Positions 50,568-62,541 are shown, counted from the first letter of the stretch. The stretch is 64,000 bases of DNA from Zootoca vivipara (GCF_963506605.1 NC_083277.1:16678001-16742000); one strand, 5' to 3'. A program made the numbers and translations. Notes: a model not told the origin generated them from the letters alone.

Positions 50568-50713
50568 GAAACCAACGGGGTCAGCTGCCAGTGAGGTAGA
50601 GTGGCCGCTCTATAATGCCACACAGCAAAACTTCTTCTACCTAAGCACTGAGCCAACCCAGGTTGTGGACAGGTCACCTGTGCAACACTGCACTTTCTTC
50701 AATACACTGACAA
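50568..50713 (+). CDS. Gene C coding exon 2
   Basis: ctctgcAG acceptor; KPTGSAASEVEWPLYNATQQNFFYLSTEP...QHCTFFNTLT; donor A|GTAAGC (phase 1). Confidence 0.92.
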
Positions 50714-51232
50714 GTAAGCTCTGTTCTTTGCCTTGCAGTATAGGTGTGTGTGGACTGCGGTGGGGGCTAAGACCTCATAAGACAAATGCTTCTAATTCCT
50801 CAGTACATAACACCTGTACTGTAACTGACATCACCTACACCTGAAAGGAGATGCTACTATCCCTGGACTTCTAGAACAGGGATTGCCAATGTGATGACCA
50901 TGGGTGCAATGGCGTGGGTGCCCATGGGTGTACTCTCTACCCCTCCATCCTTTGGCCATAAGATGGTAAGTGAGGTTACCTTTTGCCCTGTGAAAAGCCA
51001 AGAACTGAAGGAGGAAGCTGGAAGATTGAGACTCTTTCCCACTTCCTGTCTCACTTCTATGAGAAGAAACCAGAGCTGGGGTAGTGGCCATGGCACTCAC
51101 TCAAAAATCCAGATGTGGATATATGCCTAAATACCTAGGTCAGTGACCCTTGTTCCAGAGTCTTCAACGTCTCATTTCCAGATTCAAATTTCCCTCCGGT
51201 TTTCTTTCTTTCTGATTCCCCTTCTTCTACAG

Positions 51233-51300
51233 ACAAATTGAAAGAGGATTCTGCTGCTTCACACAAGGAGGAGGACGAGACAAAGGAATCCACAACTTAA
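51233..51300 (+). CDS. Gene C terminal coding exon (NKLKEDSAASHKEEDETKESTT*)
   Basis: Long polypyrimidine tract plus tacAG, phase 1 in frame, TAA at 51298-51300. Confidence 0.75.
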
Positions 51301-51654
51301 TAGAGGAAATCTCCATGAAAGGTCATTAGGACTACAGAGGAAATGTTGGAGCTGGGGAGTATAGAAAGATGAATGAATGAACAGAGAATGAATAGGTAGA
51401 CCACATCAAACAGTTGAGAGGAGGACATTTTCTCCCCTCTCTGTCATCCGGCTTAATGGTTTGCATGGCCCACAGCTAAAACGGCTTCTTTCTGCAACCT
51501 GTGTCTGGATCCATGTTTTAAATGCGAACATCTGTCCCTTTCCCCATATCAGGAAGGTTTTGTGCTGCAGCCCAAAGGGAGCTGAAGTACTGTAAATGAG
51601 TGCTTTCTCTTGTTACCCTCTTACTCAGCTCTCCACATTTCCACATGCTGAGAT

Positions 51655-52020
51655 GTGGGTGGCATTGTGGTCTAAACCACCAAGCCTCTTGGGCTTGCCG
51701 ATCACAAGGTCGGCAGTTTGAATCCCTACGACGGAGTGAGCTCCCATTGCTCTGTCCCAGTTCCTGCCAATCTAGTAGTTTGAAAGCACGCTAGTGCAAG
51801 TAGATAAATGGGTACCGCTGTGGCGGGAAGGTAAACGGCGTTTCTGTGTGCTATGCTTTCCGTCACCGTGTCCCGTTGCACCAGAAGTGATTTAGTCCTG
51901 CTGGCCACAGGATCCAGAAAAGCTTTCCCTTGGCCTGAAAGCGGAGATGAGCGCCACACCCCATAGTATGATTCGACAGGACTTAACCATCTAGGGATCC
52001 TTTACCTTTGCCTTTACCTT
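51655..52020 (+). mobile_element. Sauria/Squam1 SINE
   Basis: Homology to the other copies; (ACCTTT) tail. Confidence 0.85.
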
Positions 52021-53603
52021 ACATTTGCACATAAATTTGCTATATATATATATCCTCATGAAAATTCATCAGCATTATAATGCTAATTTATTCTAATACA
52101 CTTTTTTTTGTCTGCAGCTTTGCCTAACACACACATTTTTTTGGCTAAACATATTTCTCTCATTCATGCCTATATTGCAATCTGACCAAACCCCACTCAT
52201 CTTTTCAACAGGTGTTGCCTGACTTTGTGTCCCTCAAGAATAAAGCATTATTACCAAGTGACCTAGAAGAAAACCTGACAAGATATTCTGGGACTCCCAT
52301 GCTGATAAAGACCCACTGCTTCCTGTGACCTTAACACGCTCACAACCAATTGAAAACACACCTTTTATGTGTCTGCGAAATTTTGAGCTTCTAACAAAGT
52401 AACTGTTCTGCCATTTTGAGAAGTGGGTTTCAAGCTCTTTGGCAGTTGTAGATTCCTGAGACATCTAATATACATTTCCTTTTGATATTAGCAAAGTTTA
52501 AGTTACTTTTGCTTTGGTCCTGATGAGTGATAGTTTGATTCCTGTAGTTCAAAGCTAACAACTTCATTCTTCCACCCCCCCCCCCCAATAATAATCATAA
52601 TACCATAATGCCATGCCTCTCTCACAGTAAGATAACCTTAAGGCTTCAGGAAACAAAGATCACCAGTTTAGTCATTTCTCATTAGGGTTATATTCTTTCA
52701 CCAACCAACTGAACAAAGTAAATGACATAGGAAATAGACAGGAACTTGTGGGAAAAAGACGATAGAACAAATCCATGTCGGTGTTATAAGAAATTGCTCA
52801 ACCCCTTTCCTCTCCTTTACGATGCATTGGCTAAAATGAGTACAAACCCGCTCGATTTTCAATGGTTAGCTAGTTCTCCAAATTCCAGCAATAAACTCTA
52901 CACCCTCAAGGAACCAAAACATGCTTCGCTTCAGGACACAGATGCCCCTCTTCCTCCCTTTCTTACTTTAGTGTCAGTTCTGTGGCAATATTGTCACACC
53001 CACTTTCTGTAGACTTTTGGGAATAGTTAGGGATTCTTTTACTCTTTAAATCAAGGTGTGTTGGTGTGGCAAGAGCTGCTGCCTGCCTATACTGTAGGGT
53101 CATTTTGCTGTCTGAAGCGGCACCCATATATTCTGAAACTTTCATTTCATGTAATAAACCAGTCTTTCTTTGCTCCTCTTGTGTATGAGTTCTCTTGCGG
53201 GGTGTTATAAAATCATATTGGGGGGGGGGGTTTGCAGGACACCATTATTAATGAACAGAGAGGGGTGACAGAATTTGACAGCTGCAATACCCAGAATCCT
53301 GTTCAATGCCATCTTCCCTGTCTCCCCACCCCTCCAGCTAGGACGAGACCCTGCCTGAAGGAAGGCTTAAGGATCTGCATATGCACAACAGTTAGCATAA
53401 ACTCACACATTTCCCCTCTCCACCTCCCCTCCGCCCAGAACAAAACAATGTTTCCAGAAGAAGGGGGGGGAAAACCGCCCAAATCCAAAGTTAAACTTTT
53501 CTACTCAAGTTAATAATACAGCCTATTATATGTTCTCTTACCATGAAATCTCTATCCGCTGCCTCTGTATTAGAATTGCTGTTTTATATCTTAGAACTGT
53601 ATA

Positions 53604-54187
53604 TGTCAGGACTGCTACCTTTTAATTAGAAATCCCTGCATTAGGTATGTTTTCCAGGTATATTTTCTGTATGAACCCTGTATGATCCCAACCCACCTGA
53701 ACCTTGCCCTACTACCACCCTATACCCATTCAAGGACACACGGACAATAGAGGGATTAGCTGGAACAACTTTATTCAAATAAATTGCCATCCTCAACGTA
53801 GCCCACCCTTCCATGGCCTGGAGGAAAACACTGCCGGGCGGACTTCCACCCCATGGAAATCGCCAGGAACTGCCCCACCTCTGCACCCATCTCGACTGAT
53901 TGCCCTTCCTGCCAAACAACAGGGAGCACCATCAGCGACAGGAGAAGAGCGATTGACATCTCTCCATCTGAAAGGAAAAGTCATCTCCGCACCCAGCTAA
54001 TCCGATCCCCCACCCGTTGCCCTTGTCTCCCCCTCCCTCCCAGTCCAGAGATTTCCATGCAGGGACAGGAGGGTATATAAGGGGACTTTACCATTTCCTG
54101 GGGTTCCTTCCTTCTTTCCAGAGGCAGGGACCCTACAGCTGTAGCTTTGCATTCTGCAATAAAGGGATCAGTTTGTTTTTCCTGACA
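53604..54187 (+). mobile_element. Candidate solo LTR
   Basis: TGTCAGGA...TCCTGACA termini, TATATAA ~54075, AATAAA ~54158; no TSD confirmed. Confidence 0.4.
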
Positions 54188-54603
54188 GCATTGTGTGGTC
54201 TCTGTCATTTTCCCGGCGGAGCTGAACTTAGTGCAAATTTTGGAGCTTCCGACCCGCGTCTGTCCTTCTTAAAAGGCAACGCATTTTGGGGTACATTTTT
54301 CATAACAGGGGAAAAGGTTAGCACATATTCATGCCGTAACTCTAGCAAAAAGATCCTGAAATCCTTTCGGCTTAATTTTGGGAGTCTGCACAGAAGACAT
54401 GTGGCTGTCAGGCACGCCTGTGGTTGCAGGCTAAGGAAAACACCACACCCACCATCATGATGTCTGTGTTGGGAGATTCATTCCCCGTGTGCAGTCAGTC
54501 ATGGGTTTGTTGTCTATCACATGACTGGGCATGTGTTTTCATTCCACAGAGTGGGAAGTGACGTAGACAGGATGTCTGTCCTACTGTGTTCCTGAAGTGG
54601 AAC

Positions 54604-55092
54604 TGTTGTAAGCCAAAAATGGCTTATCTTCTGAGTTAGCCAATAAAACTCAGAGACAAGAGGAGTTAGGAGTCCATTATGTTTATTGCAAAGCAATAAG
54701 GTTACAGTCGAATCTTTTCGGAATACTGGAACCCCGCCCAAAGGCCAGGCAGGGGTATTTATAACATTTCAGACAAAGGATTTCAATTTAACCAATCACA
54801 TAAATCATTACATCATTTAATATTTAATATTCATCACCTCATTTCATATTTAATATGTACGTCATTACCTAATCTAATACGCATGCGCAATAAGCGTTGC
54901 TAACTAAACTTTGATTCTTACTGTGATCTGTTACATATTGTTAGTTTGCATGTATGGGAACCTGTGTTACGTGTGGATGTAACAATTTATGTTCTAGTTT
55001 ATGAATTGCTTCTTTGTGATTTACGTATTAGCTGACCTTCTATCCCAGTAGGGACGGCTTCTTGCTGAATCATCAGTTTCTTTAAAGCAACA
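54604..55092 (-). mobile_element. Candidate solo LTR
   Basis: TGTTG...CAACA termini; TATA-like and AATAAA motifs in LTR order on minus; no TSD confirmed. Confidence 0.35.
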
Positions 55093-55121
55093 GGTTACCA
55101 TAATTCACTAATATAAGCATA

Positions 55122-56187
55122 CTAGTGTTGTTCAGCCCGTTTAGAAAACGGGCGCTAGAGGATATGTGAGAGCGTGCGCGCGGCTGCTGGTTGGGAGGTT
55201 GGGGGAAGAGTGAGAGCGGAGGGAATCGGCGTTTCCGCGCAGGCGCGCACGCTGCTCCGTAACCCATCTCACTGAATCCTTACTTGAAATCTCGGAGCAG
55301 GACACGGGAGCGTGCGCGCGCGGGTGCTGGTTGGGAGGTTGAAATCAAGAGAGGGTTGGGCGGGGCAGAGGGCAGGGGAGAAGCGGGCAGGGTCCTGCCT
55401 GCTCCTAGGCGGGGCTTCCACACCTCGTCAGTGTGTGAGGCTTGAGACAAATACTGTAAGGTACTACCATAATGAGTGGCGATAACAATTACAAAGGCAA
55501 ACGGGCTTTCTGGGACGGTGGCAACGGAGCGGGTATCTTTTCTGCACTTGAGGGGAGCCGCGCTCATGGGAGAAAGGTGTCTCTCTTCCCCCACCTCCAG
55601 TACGACGGCGAAGTTTGTTTTGTCTTGGGGGGATGAGCCTCCCTCCCTCCTTCACACCCTGAGTCGCTGACTTTCCCAGGAGCAGTCACCCGCTTTCGCC
55701 CCATTGTGAACCCGGCGGGCGGCGGCACCATCCCGACTACATCCACGGCGACCCTCCCTGCCTTCAAGACGGCTTTGTCAGAGGCACAGCGATCTGCGTC
55801 CCGAGGAGCGCATGGTGTTGGGCGGCTGGGCTGGCTGAGTGGGTGGGTGGGGGCACCGTCCCTTGACGGAGGCAGTTCCGCCGACGAAATGGTAGGCAGA
55901 GGGGTGGGGGGACTTGATGCTAGTCGCCGGTGGCCGGGGAGGGTAGGAGGGGGGGAAAGCAGCCTTCTCCTCCTCACGCTTTAGCGCAACTGCAGTGAGG
56001 TGCTTGTCCGGCCGGGAGCAGCGGTTGGCAGAGGGGTGGGGGGGTGGGGAGAGCGCGCTCGTCCAATCCCTGTGTCCCTGGTTGTCTCTGCTGTCCAATC
56101 CCTGTGTCCCTGGGGGACATGCGCAGTGACCCAGGGACACACGGGACAGCTTGGACGCAGGGACAACTTGGACATTATTATATAGGA
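55122..56187 (-). mobile_element. Non-autonomous Helitron (1066 bp)
   Basis: Minus strand starts A|TCCTATATAATAA and ends GCCCGTTT-TCT-AAACGGGC hairpin, 10 nt, CTAG|T; no TSD. Confidence 0.85.
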
Positions 56188-57619
56188 TTCCAGGATTTAT
56201 AGGGAATTACATTATTAACTTAATTGGGGCCCTTTGGGCCCCTGCTACAGAACTGTTATTCCTTTGTTCTTTCTCTTTGCTGTATGATGCTAGAGAGAGG
56301 GGGAGCCATGTTCCAGTGCTCTGTGTGTGTTTATATGTAAATAAACTAGCTTAGCCAGAATGCTGAGTTGCTGTGGTCTGTGTCACAGCCCTGCCTGGGC
56401 CTGTACAGCACCACTGGACGTTTTCAAGGTCGATTGGTGCTGCACCAATGACACGTTGTATCCCAGGCTGCAGCTCCTCTCAGGTTGCCAGCTGGATACT
56501 TGCTATTCCCTTCTCAAAGGACACAGACCAGGATGTGATTTAAAAACAACAAGTTTAGTTTATTGATTGTTACATAAGCGTGCGGTTACTGGATTGAGAA
56601 TCTTGTTGTACATGAACTTGAAATGTTACCTATACCGGCCTATTACCTCTAATTATAAATTACCGGCCTATTACTGCTAAAGTCACCTAAGTAAATATTT
56701 ATTAATAAGCTCACAACTCTGTATCCCGTCTGTATGTTCCTACCCTCCAATACACCACCTAGCTCTCTGCCTCTCACGAACTAACCAACTCTGACTCACT
56801 AGCTCACTCACTGTCTCAACTCCAACTCCAACTGACTAACTCCAACTGACTAACTGCCACTCGGGAGGGGTTTTTATCCCTGGGCTGAGCCCGCCCCCGA
56901 GGGTTCTATCTGCTCCAAGCTTAACCCCTTACACGCTGGGGCTTGTCTAGGTGGCGAATCGCCACAGTCTGTTACACAACTGTGCAAATATCTGCAGATG
57001 CTAAGAGTGTGTTGATGCACTACATCAATCACTAGAGGTCCTGAGGCTGAGGAAGGCTCAGAAGCTCCCGAACGATCGCCCAGGAAACAGGGAACATGCC
57101 AGTCGGGCATGTGTCCCTGCCAGGGTCCTACTCGTGAGTAGGCCGTTTCCCTGACACTCTGATGTCATGTGATTAAGAGTTGGGTAGCCTCACCTACAGT
57201 CCTTTATGGATCCAGCCTGGCTGGTTTCCCTATCCTTGAGGCAGATGTGCCTCAAGAACTGGGGTGTACCAGGGAGGGAACCTAAAAACAAACAAACAGC
57301 AATTCACATTTTCCTAGAAAACACAGAACATGTTCAAAGCCAGGGCTCGGAAGGTGAATGACTGCAGCTTGTTTGCGGAAAGAACCCCAAGGTCAGCAAA
57401 CAGAGCTGTCCTCTTTGTGCTGGTTAGCAGCACAGCTTTTTTTAAAAAATCTCTTTTGGGAATTGTTGAGCAGTAGAGAGAAACCAAAGAGACAGCGCGC
57501 TCCTACTGTGCCCTTAACTGAAAAAGGGAAAGTTTATAATAAATGTGGTTGCTATGTTATAGACAAATATGTGTCCCTCGCAATGCGGCGGTGTGGTGCC
57601 ACAACATTTATTTAAGCTG

Positions 57620-57705
<86 letters not shown>
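57620..57705. repeat. Compound (GT)n(GA)n microsatellite
   Basis: Direct reading. Confidence 0.95.
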
Positions 57706-57706
<1 letters not shown>

Positions 57707-57899
57707 TCATAGAACAGAATCATAGAGCTGGGCCATGATGATCATCTAGTCCAACCCCCGGCAATGTGAGGCTCAAACCCACAACCTTGAGATTAAGAGT
57801 TTCATGCTCTACCGATATGTACTAGATAATTATTATTTTTAGTGGAACACTGCCTGCTTTATTTATTTAGTAGTATTTGGCAGAGTGATGCAATATTGA

Positions 57900-59010
57900 G
57901 CAGAGTTTGCCAGAAGTGGAACGCATTAAGTGTCCTTCTCAAATGTACAATGACTATTATCTTCCAGAGGGTGGTCACATTCAGGTGGTGATTCAGTCTC
58001 CAGCAAGAGTTCAGGTTCAATGCAAGAGTCAAGTTAAAATATACCTCCCCCCAAAAACTGGAAGCATTTTTGCTTGGGTTGATGGGAGAAGAGATTACAA
58101 AAGCAGACCAAAGACTATTTATGTAAGCCACCACTGCAGCAAGAATTCTTTTAGTCCAAAGGTGGAAACCACAAGAGCTACCAACGATCGAGGAGTGGCA
58201 GATGGAGATGATGGACAATGCAGAGTTAGCCAAACTGACTGTGAGGATCCGGAACCAAGGCGGTCAGAAATTCCAGAGAGATTGGAGTAAATTTATTGAG
58301 TACCTGAGAGACTATTGCAAAAAATGTGAAGACACTTCCAGGATTGATATGAATCAGGCATGTCAAACCTGCGGCCCTCCAGATGTTTTGGACTACAATT
58401 CCCATCTTCCCCAACCACTGGTCCTGCTAGCTAGGGATCATGGGAGTTGTAGGCGAAAACATCTAGAGGGCCACAGTTTGGGGGGATGCCTGTAATAGAC
58501 ACAGTGGGTCCAAGTGGTGGTGGGAACAGCGAGCAGAGTTTATATAATAACAAAATGCAAACAGTGCCGTTTGCAATGATTCAGTTAATTCTCAAATGCA
58601 TGCCAAACAAGCACAATAACCGCTGCAATCGGTGAAAATAGCACTATAATTTTCACATAGCTGAGTAAATTAAAACATGTAGTGGGACAAACTGCCTAAC
58701 TATTTTATCCTTCTGCCACTGTAAGCTCTGGTCCATAGAAGCTTATGCTATGGTATATTTGGCCTATAAGCCGCTGCAACATAATATAAAAATAGTATCT
58801 GACCATGGATAATAGAAGGACTTGAGATGTATTACTGAAGGACAGAAACTGAGAGCAGAAATGTGTATATAACTGATCAGGAAATTAGAAACCAGTTGAA
58901 GAGAGGGAGGGAAGTCACGAGCTCGGCGGAGCAAATGTTTTAGAAATGGCTATTATAATGTTTTTATATTTTATGTTTTCCTTTTATTAATAAAAATAAT
59001 AAAAATTATA
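57900..59010 (+). mobile_element. Decayed L1 3' end, interrupted at 58355-58778
   Basis: EAFLLG..TTAARILL..W..ELPTIEEW..AELAKLT..WSKFIEYL ORF2 C-terminus; A-rich tail ~58990. Confidence 0.75.
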
Positions 59011-59077
59011 TGAAAAAGAGAGACAGTCACGGTTCCTGGCAGACCCTGGAGGGCTCCAGGTGGAGTTCAGGCTAGGA

Positions 59078-59486
59078 CAGGGGTCAGCAAACTGTTTCAG
59101 CAGGGGGCCGGTCCACTGTCCCTCAGACGTTGTGGGGGGCCGGACTATCTTTTGAAAAAATATATGAACGAATTCCTGAAAAAAATATGAACGAATTCCT
59201 GAAAAAAATATGAACGAATTCCTATGCCCCACAAATAACCCAGAGATGCATTTTAAATAAAAGGACACATTCTACTCATGTAAAAACATGCTGATTCCTG
59301 GACCGCCCGCGGGCCGGATTGAGAAGGCGATTGGGGACCCTGGGCTAGGGCAGGCATCCCCAAACTTCGGCCCTCCAGATGTTTTGGACTACAATTCCCA
59401 TCATCCCTGACCACTGGTCCTGTTAGCTAGGGACCATGGGAGTTGTAGGCCAAAACATCTGGAGGGCCGCAGTTTGGGGATGCCTG
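59078..59486. mobile_element. Two adjacent hAT MITEs (59078-59342 and 59351-59486)
   Basis: TIRs of both families; TSD GGCTAGG(A/G) occurs three times. Confidence 0.88.
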
Positions 59487-60208
59487 GGCTAGGGACTCAC
59501 ACACAAAGTCAAGGTGCGTATAAAATATACATTTGAAGCACATTCAAAGCACATTCCTTCCCTCAAACAATTCTGGGCACTGCAGTAAACCCCTCCCAGT
59601 GTTGCAATTCTAGGCTTGCCATACATCAGGAAAATTCCTGACATGTTCTGATTTTCGGGTTTAAAAATGGCATCCGATGGGCAAAGCAGTGGTAACAGCT
59701 CAAAAAGCTGGTAGAAATTCCTAGGTGTCATGAGTTTTACTTTTTGAAATTTGGCAACCCTAGCTGGAGCTCCCTCTTGCAATGCACCCCAGTTGCTATT
59801 GCAACATCTCTGCTGCCACCTGCTGGTTGGAGGTCCTTGCTAAGCTGCTATCAAATTATGGATCTGGAAGGACCTTACTCATTGGTTGCATCCCCAACTG
59901 ACTGTGAGAAAAGCCTGATGGGACAGGCTTCCATTGGCGTATCTGGATCTTTGGAGAAGCTAGAGCATTCTAGATTAGAATCTATTTGTGTATTAATCCC
60001 TATTTTCTTAATCTGTTTCCAACCCACTAGTTGTTAGTCGAATAAACCTCATTGCCTGCACATCCCTTAGGAATGGGTGTATATTGTTGGAAAGCTGCTT
60101 CTCAAAAATCCAAAATCCCTGTATTTGTGGACATTTGTATCACTCCATGGCCAAAGGACAGAAGGATTGTAATACCTTTGGGCTGAATCCTTTAAAGTTC
60201 TGCTCAGA

Positions 60209-60810
60209 GTAAAGGTAAAGGCACCCGTGACCAGTCGTGACCAACTCTAGGGTTGTGGCACTCATCTCGCGTTATTGGCCGAGGGAGCTGGCGTACAACT
60301 TCCAGGTCCATACCTGCCAAGTTCCGGCCTGAGAAATAAGGGACTGGACCGGAAGTAGCAGACCGGAAGTAGCGCTGCCGCCATTTTGGAACTGGGCAAA
60401 GCAGCATCAAAAGTCACTTCTGAGCATGCTCCGCCCAGTTCCAAAATGGCCGCTGCACCAGAATAAACCGGGAAAAAACAAAAAAAATCCGATTTTTTGG
60501 CTGGGGACAGCTGGAAAAACGGGGGATTCCCGGGGAATACGGGAGACTTGGCAGCTATGTCCAGGTCATGTGGCCAGCATGACAAAGCCACTTCTGGCGA
60601 ACCAGAGCAGCGCACGGAAACACTGTTTACCTTCCCACTGTAGCGGTACCTATTTATCTACTTGCACTTTGATGTGCTTTCGAACTGCTAGGTTGGCAGG
60701 AGCTGGGACCGAGCAACAGGAGCTCACAACGTCGCGGGGATTCGAACCGCTGACCTTCTGATCGGCAAAGCCCTAGGCTTTGTGGTTTAACCCACAGCAC
60801 CACCCGCGTC
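60209..60810 (-). mobile_element. Sauria SINE with a nested hAT MITE (60309-60559)
   Basis: SINE is continuous across the insert; inner TSD TCCAGGTC. Confidence 0.9.
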
Positions 60811-62541
60811 TACTCAGAGAAGACACATGGAACTCTGTGTCTACTACTGAGTTCCATGTGTACTGAGTAGTACTCAGTGTCTACTCAGAGTAGACACATG
60901 GAAATCAATGGTCCTATCTTAGTCTTGTCCTTTAATGGTAGTGGGTCTCCTCTGAGTATAACTTATTTTGGAGGCAGCCCTTTCCCCCCCCCCGTACCTT
61001 CTCCCAATTTATGTAAAAGCAAGGTCTCTCTGACCCCTGGCCTACATTCGGATCCTGCCAAGATGTAGCCTCCTCCCACTGGGTGAATAAAGCCAGTCGG
61101 TCATTGACTTTTGCTTACGTACAGATGAGCAGATGCTCCCATGCCCAGGTGTTTTTCATACGAGAGTCTGGATCCTCAGCGGTACCTAACTTTCCTCTTC
61201 AGAGTGGGCTGCAGGGGATACTGAGGAGCAGGAACATCCACCAGGGTGAGTCTGTAAGCAACAGAAATGTGATGTGAGCTGGCCATGGGGCATAACTCAG
61301 AACATTACCAAAAGTTGAAATTACAACAAGCCTACACCACAAATCAGAGTGTCTCTTAAAATGGATGAGAATGGGGGAATGTTCTCTGGAGAACAGGTAA
61401 ACAATCTGCCATAGGAAAGGAAATCAGAAACTTGAGTTCTAGCAGTGTCAATGTTGTTGCTTCCCCCCCTTTTTTGGGGGGGGGGTTGGATTTGTCTTTG
61501 GCGATTTCCATGATAACCCCTTATACCCAGTTACCCGTTGCATTCATAATTTAGAGGAACCAAAACTTCTGTTAAATAAAATAGGACTTAATAACTATAT
61601 ATGCTTAGGATAGTACAGGGACTAGAAACCATCAAAATATCAGGAAAAACTGGACAGTGTCTCCTGGCACCTTAAAGAGTTTTCATTGCGTGGACAGGCA
61701 GAGTCCCCCAAACCCCAGGCGACCCCTGAGCGGAATGATGACTCAAGACAACTTGCTATGGGATTAAAATTGGCCACAACTTTATTAAGATTCAGATGTA
61801 GGGAGACCTTGGCTCAGGCATTGGGTGTTTATCCCTCCCAGTCCCCAGCCGGGGATCTGGGAGACTTCAGGATTATCCAGAATGTGTGGGATTGGGCTGG
61901 CTCTGGAGAACATATGTTCAAGCAGAGAGCCCGCCCCCTGTTTGCCACCTCTGGAGGGGAGAGCAATGACAACCTTTTGGCATACGGCCAATGCCTCCCC
62001 TCTAGACCCCTAGTATCGCTGCCGCAAAGGGGGCGTGGGACACAGCTCCACGCCCCCCCCCCATTTAGGAAGATAGACTAAAGGATTCCGCCCAAAGCCT
62101 GAAACCCCAAAGTTGTGACGTATTGGTACGGGAAAGGCGAAACCTGCCAGTGCAGGAAAATCCCTTTCCGGCCCTTCAACAGTGGCCCTAATGTAGCAGC
62201 GCCCGCGTACCTGTGGAAAAGAGGTTAACCTGCAAAAGAAGACTTAAACAAGGATGTGGAGGGTGGGAGAAGCTCTGGAGCAGATTGCCGCTTCCCAGGT
62301 AAGATTCACCTTCTGTTGTGTGGGCTGTATACTCCCTCCCCTTACGTGGCCAATCCCCTGGGAACACCTCCCCAGGCAGGATTGGACAATTGGCTGGGGT
62401 AGGTGGAGAGCCCAGGTATCCAGCCTGGGGAGGATACAGCCAGTCCGAACTACCAAGTCGCTGCTCTGGGATCCAGGGGGCTGCGCGCGACCAAGCAAAA
62501 GTTGTCCCCCATTTAATGTGGGGAGCGGTCATTGTGGTATA

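Noticed and set aside
56200-57156. LTR-like segments (also 52970-53280 and 61686-62540)
   Set aside because: TG/CA ends and polyA-like signals are suggestive, but boundaries and TSDs could not be fixed.
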